Positions 25,140 through 31,306 of a DNA stretch of 39,922 nucleotides are shown here, piece after piece. The stretch is from an uncultured bacterium (GTDB lineage Bacteria > Patescibacteriota > Minisyncoccia > Phycocordibacterales > UBA918), in the NCBI GenBank assembly GCA_913046815.1, contig CAJWTE010000002.1, positions 1-39,922 on the forward strand, written 5' to 3'. The stretch's first letter is position 1. Every line of letters begins with the position of its first letter. Under the pieces are notes generated by a model, which had not been told where the DNA came from, did not search any database, and saw only the letters and a list, made by a program, of their open reading frames with translations. The position numbers were made by a program, and so were the translations under genes.

Positions 25140-26216
25140 ATGCCAAAAGGATTTGAATCAGCGTCAGCACACCCATCGCCACAAAAAATTGAAGGCGAGG
25201 ACGTGAGCAAAGTGACTGCCTCTGAAGAACGACCAACGTTTGATGAATTCGAAGGTGGCGAATTGGATGAGCGAGGCGAATTCAAAGAGCCTACCCCGGA
25301 GGAGCAAGAAAAGTTTCGTGACAGAGTTGCTCGTATGTCAGAGGTTCTTGAGGACGCGGACTTTACCTGGTATCTCGATGGAGCAACGAACATATCTTTG
25401 TATGGCGACCAAATGATACGAAACCATAAGGATTTAGACATGAGTGTGTTTCAAGAAGATCTTGGTAAATTAGAGGACCTGCTCAACAATCAAGGATTCG
25501 GAATTTTTGTTAACTACAAGGAAGATAGGAAAGAACTGATGCGAAAAGTGACTGCACAAGAATTAGGTTTACTTGAAAATCCAGACGTGTCGATTTGTAA
25601 AGTTGGACCAGACGGAACCCTTAGTTCAAAAAATTCGCACGAGGCTTTTGATTTTGTCGACTTACATATACGGGACATAGATGAATTTGGTGATGTTGTC
25701 GTTGGTTACAGTGGTATTTCTATACCTAAAGAATATTTTGAGCCGATAAGGAAAGAACTTCCAAACGGAAAAATAATCAGCCTTTCCCACCCTGCCGTTG
25801 TTGCCTACCACAAACTACACTCAACACGTGCATATGACGTAAAAGATTTGCAAATACTTTCACCCCTGCTCACACAAGAAGATATTGCAATGTTGCGGTC
25901 AAGCGTCGAGAAAGAAGCTGGGGTGTTAGATAAAAGGACACGTGAGGTATTAAAGGAAGTTTGGGGTGAATTGTCGCCTGTTCTAGAGACAGCACCTGAC
26001 CCAGATACAATTGCAGAGAAACTGCGGTCGCATCCTGAGATTGGAAAAAGAAATACTGACGAATCTGTTGCTAATTACATTTCATCAATTTCACAATATT
26101 TGTCCGAAAACCCTAGTGTAACTGCTGATGATTTCATCAGTCAGTCAATATCAATATTAAACATTAAAAAGCGAGCGGAAGAGCAGATAAAATTGATTGA
26201 TCAACTGGAGCAGTGA
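25140..26216 (+). CDS. nucleotidyltransferase-fold protein (Lnu/ANT(2'')-like core) with acidic N-terminal and helical C-terminal extensions
   Basis: 358 aa; starts 2 nt after the XRE stop. FTWYLDGATNISLYGDQMIRNHKDLDMSVF (G-x-D-x-D NTase motif), VDLHIRDIDEFGDVV and LSHPAVVAYHKLHSTRAYDVKDLQIL parallel the lincosamide nucleotidyltransferase LnuA layout as I recall it. Confidence 0.65.
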   Translation: MPKGFESASAHPSPQKIEGEDVSKVTASEERPTFDEFEGGELDERGEFKEPTPEEQEKFRDRVARMSEVLEDADFTWYLDGATNISLYGDQMIRNHKDLDMSVFQEDLGKLEDLLNNQGFGIFVNYKEDRKELMRKVTAQELGLLENPDVSICKVGPDGTLSSKNSHEAFDFVDLHIRDIDEFGDVVVGYSGISIPKEYFEPIRKELPNGKIISLSHPAVVAYHKLHSTRAYDVKDLQILSPLLTQEDIAMLRSSVEKEAGVLDKRTREVLKEVWGELSPVLETAPDPDTIAEKLRSHPEIGKRNTDESVANYISSISQYLSENPSVTADDFISQSISILNIKKRAEEQIKLIDQLEQ

Positions 26217-26235
26217 AGCCTTAAAATTTTTGAGT

Positions 26236-26264
26236 TTGACAACTAAGTATATCTATGCTATTCT
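26236..26264 (+). promoter_or_regulatory. sigma70-type promoter for the GC-rich patch sORF
   Basis: TTGACA (26236-26241), 17-nt spacer, TATTCT (26259-26264). Confidence 0.5.
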
Positions 26265-26307
26265 TTGTTTAGCTTAAACGCAGGTTTTTCCTGCACGTTC
26301 CGCCTAT

Positions 26308-27183
26308 TTAGGCACAACTCGATGGAGGAATCCAATATGCATGGTTATGTGAGACCGATGGGTAGGGCTGCATGGCGCGACCCGGTTCAGACGAGGAGTC
26401 TGTATCTCCTCGGCCCCGAGAGCTTTGACACCGTCCAGGTGCACGAGCTCGACGAGGACGGCAAGTCCGTCCGTGAATACCAGCACATCCGCCATGATCG
26501 TGTCGGAGACTGCTGGGCGGCTGAAGCCTGGCGACATCATCTTGGTAGATGAGCTTGCCGGCGACTGCTTCTACAACTTGTGTTGCTCGGAACAAATTTG
26601 CAGCTAACTCCTCGCTATTCATGTGATCTAGAATCTGTTGAGATTTCTTCAAGCTTTTTCTGCGGTGAATATCTTGACTCGTAAGTCCGCCATACAGGCC
26701 CTTATACCCAGCATTTTGGAAAATGGCGTAATTTTGCACGCCAGCACTCTTAGCGGTTTTTGTAAGGTTAGTATTATGCTTCTTCATTTCTTCCCTTAAA
26801 AATACACGCTTATTATCCTCAACTAAATTTTCAGTTTTTTCTTGCCTTCGTGTCTGTATCGCAAAGTATGTCTGTCCCTTTGCTACCACAACTTTTGTTG
26901 GGTCTGAATTTTGAACAATAAGATAACAGGCATATCTTGATAGATAGACAGTTTCAACAGACCTTTCTGCACCGGAACCCGTTTTAACCATTTCGGTGGC
27001 ATCAACGAAATGGTTGTGGATAACTTCTCCGCTGTTTTCACATGCTGTTTTAGCCTTATTTATAGCGGTTAAAAAGTTACGGTAATCTGTATACTCTAGA
27101 GCTTTTGCAAGGTCACGAGATGACCAAAATTCTGAATCATTTTCGTCAAAGCGTCTAATTGTTTCAAACTGATTTTCCTTCAT
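26308..27183 (-). CDS. dinD: DNA damage-inducible protein D (DinD) family; C-terminal ~89 codons non-homologous, likely 3' replacement
   Basis: From MKENQFETIRRF (start 27183 or 27192) to ELAANLFRATQ, the sequence tracks E. coli DinD as I recall it (SRYACYL.VQN.DP, GQTYFAIQTRRQE, FQN.GY.GLYGG, ILDHM.S.ELAANLFRATQ). Downstream of about 26578 the reading becomes an Arg/Pro/Gly-rich tail through the GC-rich patch. Confidence 0.8.
   Translation of the reverse strand: MKENQFETIRRFDENDSEFWSSRDLAKALEYTDYRNFLTAINKAKTACENSGEVIHNHFVDATEMVKTGSGAERSVETVYLSRYACYLIVQNSDPTKVVVAKGQTYFAIQTRRQEKTENLVEDNKRVFLREEMKKHNTNLTKTAKSAGVQNYAIFQNAGYKGLYGGLTSQDIHRRKSLKKSQQILDHMNSEELAANLFRATQVVEAVAGKLIYQDDVARLQPPSSLRHDHGGCAGIHGRTCRPRRARAPGRCQSSRGRGDTDSSSEPGRAMQPYPSVSHNHAYWIPPSSCA
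26337..26552 (+). CDS. hypothetical small protein, 71 aa, in a GC-rich patch
   Basis: SD GGAGG (26324-26328) lies 8 nt before the ATG at 26337, with a promoter upstream. Antisense to the non-homologous tail of the DinD-like ORF, so only one of the two readings can be genuine. Confidence 0.45.
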   Translation: MHGYVRPMGRAAWRDPVQTRSLYLLGPESFDTVQVHELDEDGKSVREYQHIRHDRVGDCWAAEAWRHHLGR

Positions 27184-27248
27184 TTTGACCATTATACTAC
27201 AAAATAAGAACACTGACTTCCTGCTCAAAAACACACCGTTGCGAACCC

Positions 27249-27512
27249 ACAGCACCGTAGCAGCTCGCGCGAACGGGCGTTAGCTCGTGAGCGAGCTGTG
27301 CGGAGGTGCTGGAGGTGAGAGCGTGTTTAGCATTACCACGCGGTTGGTCTACACGTAGCGCCTCGGGCGCCAACAGACTGGAGAAAAGTCTGAACAAAGC
27401 CACCACGCGCTCGGCGCGTTGCTAGTTCTGTTCAAAATAAGTTCGAGTAAGGGTTAGTATTTCTTCACAAAACGAGACTTCGTCTCTATTGAGCGGGCGC
27501 GCCGAGCGCGCT
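27249..27512 (+). repeat. composite repeat Y-X-R1c (copy C)
   Basis: Y 27249-27401 is a direct copy of 24560-24704. X 27395-27486 is an inverted copy of 22092-22183. From 27465 a partial R1 copy follows (hairpin GAGAC-TTC-GTCTC, then GCGCGC-CGA-GCGCGC). The promoter-like TTCAAA-18-TAGTAT lies at 27431-27460. Confidence 0.85.
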
Positions 27513-27563
27513 GCAATCATTGTCTTTTCTCAAAGTGGGTTCGAGCGAGGGTAAGTATTTCTT

Positions 27564-27611
27564 CACGAGTACAGAAAACAGCACCTGTCAAAGGTGCGTT
27601 TTCTGTTCGTG
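27564..27611 (+). other. long hairpin preceded by a second X-like box
   Basis: CACGA-GT-ACAGAAAAC-A-GCACC-TGTCAAA-GGTGC-GTTTTCTGT-TCGTG. Preceded by GGGTTCGAGCGAGGGTAAGTATTTCTTCAC (27537-27566), a degenerate copy of the X 3' end. Confidence 0.55.
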
Positions 27612-27780
27612 GCTCTACGAGTAACAGTGCTAGCACCATAGAGAGTACTTCGATATTCATGGATGCTTCGCTTCTTAAAAATATGGTCGCTCACTGTTAC
27701 GTGAAAAACGAACCGGCGTAGCTATGTATTTTATTCTTTTCCTAGAACAAAGTACGGACGAGGTGTGTTCCGCGGCACTT

Positions 27781-27811
27781 CATATTTTATAAGCTGCGCT
27801 TATAAAATATG
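27781..27811 (-). terminator. AT-rich 14-bp-stem hairpin abutting the ddl stop codon (island-derived)
   Basis: CATATTTTATAAGC-TGC-GCTTATAAAATATG. Lies on the island side of attR, immediately after the ddl stop (27812-27814). Confidence 0.45.
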
Positions 27812-28927
27812 TTAGTGACCGTCAGGATCATTCCCCGTAGGGTCACCAGCCCAAAAAAGATGGGTTCGTAGCGACTGCTCACTCTCGAACCTTTCTATCG
27901 CCAGTTTTATAAGCCGATCAATTAACTCAGTGTAGGGGATGCCACTATGTTCCCACAACTGTGGATACATGCTTACTTTTGTAAAGCCGGGAATAGTATT
28001 GATTTCTATCACCTTTAACTCTCCATCTGGCTGAAGGAAAAAGTCCACCCGACCTAGGCCAGAGCACTCCAGAAGTTTAAAAACCCTCACAGCTAATCCT
28101 TGCACTTCCTCCACCTTTTCCGCGTCCAATTCGGCTGGGATTTTTAGAGCTGCTCCATTTTCATCTATATACTTGGCTTCATAAGAGTAAAAGTCATGAG
28201 CCGGCACAATTTCTCCAGGAATGGACGCTACTGGATCCCTGTTTCCCAGCACAGCACACTCTATCTCTCTGCCTTCCACTGCTTCTTCCACGATGATTTT
28301 CGTATCATAGGAAAAAGCCTCTTTCACAACTTCATACAATTCACTCTCATTACTGGCTTTATTGACACCTACAGAAGAGCCCATGTTTACAGGCTTCACA
28401 AATACAGGCCAACCTAACTTAGCTTCGACTTCCAAGCCATCAACATCGTCGACACTTCGGTAAACTAGAAAGTCAGCCGTGGGTATACCCGCGTCTCGTA
28501 AAAGACGCTTCATAACGTCCTTATCCATTCCAACAGCGGAACCAAGCACCCCGGCACCCACGTAAGGTACACATGCTAATTCTAACAAACCTTGTACTGT
28601 TCCGTCTTCACCCATAGGTCCGTGCAGTATAGGAAATACAACATCTACAGCTCCAGGATTGTTTGAGAGCTGTCCGTGACATGATGGTACTAATGAGATC
28701 TCCTCATTGACTTGGTTTAAAGCAATCAACTTTGGGTCGTTACTATTCAGTAGAAGCTCACTTTCATTACCCATAAGCCACTTCCCTTTCTTAGTGATAC
28801 CAATAGGTATTACTTCATACTTCTGTTTATCGATGGCGTCGATAACATTTTGTGCGGATTGTAAGGACACCTCATGCTCAGCAGATAATCCACCAAACAA
28901 GATGCCAACTCTAATTTTCTTATCCAT
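27812..28927 (-). CDS. ddl: D-alanine--D-alanine ligase
   Basis: MDKKIRVGILFGGLSAEHEVSLQSA, GEDGTVQGLLE and an ATP-grasp layout. Start 28927 is preferred over the ORF-track 28963, which lies inside a palindrome. The C-terminal tail ...WAGDPTGNDPDGH reads through attR. Confidence 0.93.
   Translation of the reverse strand: MDKKIRVGILFGGLSAEHEVSLQSAQNVIDAIDKQKYEVIPIGITKKGKWLMGNESELLLNSNDPKLIALNQVNEEISLVPSCHGQLSNNPGAVDVVFPILHGPMGEDGTVQGLLELACVPYVGAGVLGSAVGMDKDVMKRLLRDAGIPTADFLVYRSVDDVDGLEVEAKLGWPVFVKPVNMGSSVGVNKASNESELYEVVKEAFSYDTKIIVEEAVEGREIECAVLGNRDPVASIPGEIVPAHDFYSYEAKYIDENGAALKIPAELDAEKVEEVQGLAVRVFKLLECSGLGRVDFFLQPDGELKVIEINTIPGFTKVSMYPQLWEHSGIPYTELIDRLIKLAIERFESEQSLRTHLFWAGDPTGNDPDGH
27830..27846. 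repeat. attR core (direct repeat copy 2)
   Basis: ATTCCCCGTAGGGTCAC. Here GGGTCA is followed by CCA, as expected for an original tRNA 3' end with encoded CCA. Confidence 0.8.
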
Positions 28928-28945
28928 CGTATAAGAATACCAGAT

Positions 28946-28983
28946 AAATATACACGCATGCATTAATGCATGCGTGTATATTT
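28946..28983. terminator. perfect 38-bp palindrome (19-bp arms) between the FN3-like gene and ddl
   Basis: AAATATACACGCATGCATT | AATGCATGCGTGTATATTT. Likely a terminator/attenuator between the two minus-strand genes. Confidence 0.65.
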
Positions 28984-28996
28984 TACTTTTTTAACA

Positions 28997-29929
28997 CTAA
29001 TCGGTCTCAAAATCTTCAGTACCACCACATATCAGTGTATCGTCACCGTCATCGTCTTCATACTCAACACAAATAGAGTAATAGTGGTCGGTGTTGTCGT
29101 CTAAGCTATAGACCGTTCTTTCATATGTCTCCCTACCATCTAAGTTCGTATCCACACTCACCTTTTGTAGATCATCTCCATCTTCGTCTACGTCATAGTA
29201 AGAATCATAATCTCTATCTACATCGTCTATCTGATCCTCATCTTCACCGTAAACAAAGAATACGCGACCATTATCAAAATCATTCATGTCTACTCTGCCA
29301 CTTAGCTCTGCACTGGTTTCTCGTACATTGCTAGCGTTGTAAGTAATGACATCTGGCTCATCATCATAACGACTCCGACTACCGTCTATAGTTTCAAAAG
29401 ACAAAGTCCTACCATAGACTCTCTTTCTGTCTGGGCTTTCTGCTACTGCACGATAATAGTAACGCTGGTCGTCACTTAGATTAGTTAATTCAGCTTCAAA
29501 AACATAGTCGTCGTAGCGATCAATACGGTAATCTCTGGTAGTGTAGCCGAAGCTTGAAGACCGGCCATACTCAAACCACACATCGGCATAACTCACGTTG
29601 TTTAAGTCTATATCTCCAGAAACTAAAGCTCGTGAGTCTGTCACCCACCTTGGGTTAAGAGTAACCAGATCAATCGCACCACTGGTAGAGACACCGAGTA
29701 CACGGCCGTCTCCATAGTAGGTAGTAGGTGTATATGAGTAATAACTGTAACTACTGTCTAAACGTAACAGTTCAGTCAGTAGGACTTGAATTTGATCTAA
29801 AAGAGCTTGTCTAGTGTTGTAGTAGCTACCAGTATAAGTTTGGGCTGATGCAGCCGGAGAAGTAAATATAAATACCATGACTACCACTACAATCACAGAC
29901 ATAGCTAAGAATAGTTGCTTGTATTTCAT
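28997..29929 (-). CDS. secreted Asp/Tyr-rich protein with two FN3-like repeats
   Basis: 310 aa with signal/anchor MKYKQLFLAMSVIVVVVMVFIFTSPAASA. Two copies of the pattern A.L.G.V......V.FEYG......Y........F...L..L......YYYR..A......G....FET. Confidence 0.6.
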   Translation of the reverse strand: MKYKQLFLAMSVIVVVVMVFIFTSPAASAQTYTGSYYNTRQALLDQIQVLLTELLRLDSSYSYYSYTPTTYYGDGRVLGVSTSGAIDLVTLNPRWVTDSRALVSGDIDLNNVSYADVWFEYGRSSSFGYTTRDYRIDRYDDYVFEAELTNLSDDQRYYYRAVAESPDRKRVYGRTLSFETIDGSRSRYDDEPDVITYNASNVRETSAELSGRVDMNDFDNGRVFFVYGEDEDQIDDVDRDYDSYYDVDEDGDDLQKVSVDTNLDGRETYERTVYSLDDNTDHYYSICVEYEDDDGDDTLICGGTEDFETD

Positions 29930-30014
29930 ATTTGACTATATGAACATAAATAAAGTTAACGAACAACATAAGCATCAAATTAAGACACACTGAGTCAGAG
30001 TCGTAAATATAACC

Positions 30015-31304
30015 CTATTTCGCTTTCCATTCTGTACTTTGTCGAGTAAGAAGTTCGGCAGCTTTATCCGGTTCAATCATTATTTCTTCTACTAGTTTTT
30101 CCGCCCGAATACTTTGTGAGGCTTTCACAAGTATAATGTCACCCTCTTGCAACTTACTTTGGAGCTCGTTATAAGCCTTTTCTACTTTATCATACTGCCA
30201 AATGTGCTTTTCACTCATTCCATTCTCAAGAGCCCCTTCGGCAATTTTTCTGGCCCTAACACCTATTGTGACTAAGGCATCACAATACTTACCTACCAAA
30301 GCCCCTATTTTTTCATGCTCCTCGGTAGAATATTGACCAAGCTCCAACATATCACCCAACACAGCGACCTTTCTACCCTCTGTTTCTATTTCATTCAATG
30401 CCAGTAAGGCTCTTTCTAAAGCGATGGGAGAGGAATTATATGTATCGTCAACAATCAAAGTGTCTTTGAGACCTTTGACTAGCTTCATTCGTCCAGCTGG
30501 AGTCTGGTGCTCTTTGAGTGCTTCGGCAGATTGATGTAGTGACATGGAGAACAGAGATCCTACTGCCATGGCAGCGGCGTAACTATAGGCATGCTGTACT
30601 CCTAAAGAACCGGTGACATTGACACTCTCCTCCTCTCCTTCATGCGAAATCAGAAAGCTAAATCCTACAGGTCTATCATCCACATAGGCTATATCATCGC
30701 CAGTAATGGAAAAGTCAGATTGGGAGTAGCGACTATATCCTATATTCTTTTGCCTCACGGCGGCAACGACCTGATTGATCTTTTCATCGTCGTGGTTGTA
30801 TACAAGCACCCCTTCTTCATTCAATGAATTGACCAAAACCAACTTCTCTTCTATAACAGCTTCCGGTGAATCAAAGAACTCGACATGCACTGGTACTTCA
30901 GGAAGTCTTGTAAGCACTACAATATCTGGTTTTATCCAGCTACAGTGCCTCTGCATGTCTCCTGGCTGATCGACACCCATTTCCAAAACCAACACCTCCG
31001 GATACTTACCTGGAAATAACACCCACATAGCACCTTCGATAATATTTTTCATCCACTTCACTGGACTACTCCAAGCATTAGAAACACCCAAAACTGTTAG
31101 AGGTACACCAATGTCAGAATTGAAGCTCTTTTCACTTTTCCTAACATTGGTTTTTGCCTTGAGTACCGAATAGATTGCATCCTTAGTAGCTGTCTTACCG
31201 ACACTTCCGGTCACTGCTATAATTTGTGGCTTTGTTCTTTTGAGCAACAATTTTGCTTCCAAAGTAATAATGTAGACAATAATTTTTTTAGCAATTTCTT
31301 TCAT
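30015..31304 (-). CDS. murF: UDP-N-acetylmuramoyl-tripeptide--D-alanyl-D-alanine ligase
   Basis: 429 aa. VTGSVGKTATKD P-loop and a Mur ligase middle/C-terminal layout. Position between ftsI and ddl. Confidence 0.88.
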   Translation of the reverse strand: MKEIAKKIIVYIITLEAKLLLKRTKPQIIAVTGSVGKTATKDAIYSVLKAKTNVRKSEKSFNSDIGVPLTVLGVSNAWSSPVKWMKNIIEGAMWVLFPGKYPEVLVLEMGVDQPGDMQRHCSWIKPDIVVLTRLPEVPVHVEFFDSPEAVIEEKLVLVNSLNEEGVLVYNHDDEKINQVVAAVRQKNIGYSRYSQSDFSITGDDIAYVDDRPVGFSFLISHEGEEESVNVTGSLGVQHAYSYAAAMAVGSLFSMSLHQSAEALKEHQTPAGRMKLVKGLKDTLIVDDTYNSSPIALERALLALNEIETEGRKVAVLGDMLELGQYSTEEHEKIGALVGKYCDALVTIGVRARKIAEGALENGMSEKHIWQYDKVEKAYNELQSKLQEGDIILVKASQSIRAEKLVEEIMIEPDKAAELLTRQSTEWKAK

Positions 31305-31306
31305 AT

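Larger units (their letters stand above)
20412..27846. mobile_element. integrated genomic island (about 7.4 kb) in the 3' end of tRNA-Glu, with a large serine recombinase
   Basis: 17-bp direct repeat ATTCCCCGTAGGGTCAC at both ends. The recombinase gene abuts the tRNA-proximal end. Cargo consists of TA-like, regulatory and orphan genes, with housekeeping genes on both sides. Confidence 0.75.

Noticed and set aside
26265-26540. The longer start at 26265 for the patch sORF, and the minus-strand ORF 26304..26540.
   Set aside because: 26265 lies 1 nt downstream of the predicted -10 box (26259-26264), so it would fall upstream of any transcript start. The SD supports 26337. The 26304..26540 ORF is a third frame of the same GC-rich patch without any start signals.
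27437-27566. A ~30-nt motif GTTCGAG-N3-GGGT-N-AGTATTTCTTCAC occurs twice here, at 27441-27468 and 27539-27566, and once inverted at 22111-22138. I briefly considered a degenerate CRISPR array.
   Set aside because: There are only two same-strand copies, about 70 nt apart. The copies are imperfect, there are no cas genes, and the motif is simply the 3' end of the X repeat module.
28928-28963. Upstream start of ddl at 28963 (MHACIFIWYSYT...). The same reasoning applies to the upstream start at 14440 for the glutaredoxin-membrane fusion.
   Set aside because: The ddl extension lies inside the 38-bp palindrome and precedes the canonical MDKKIRVGILFGG N-terminus. The 14440 start would overlap msrAB and precede an obvious signal peptide that begins at 14386.
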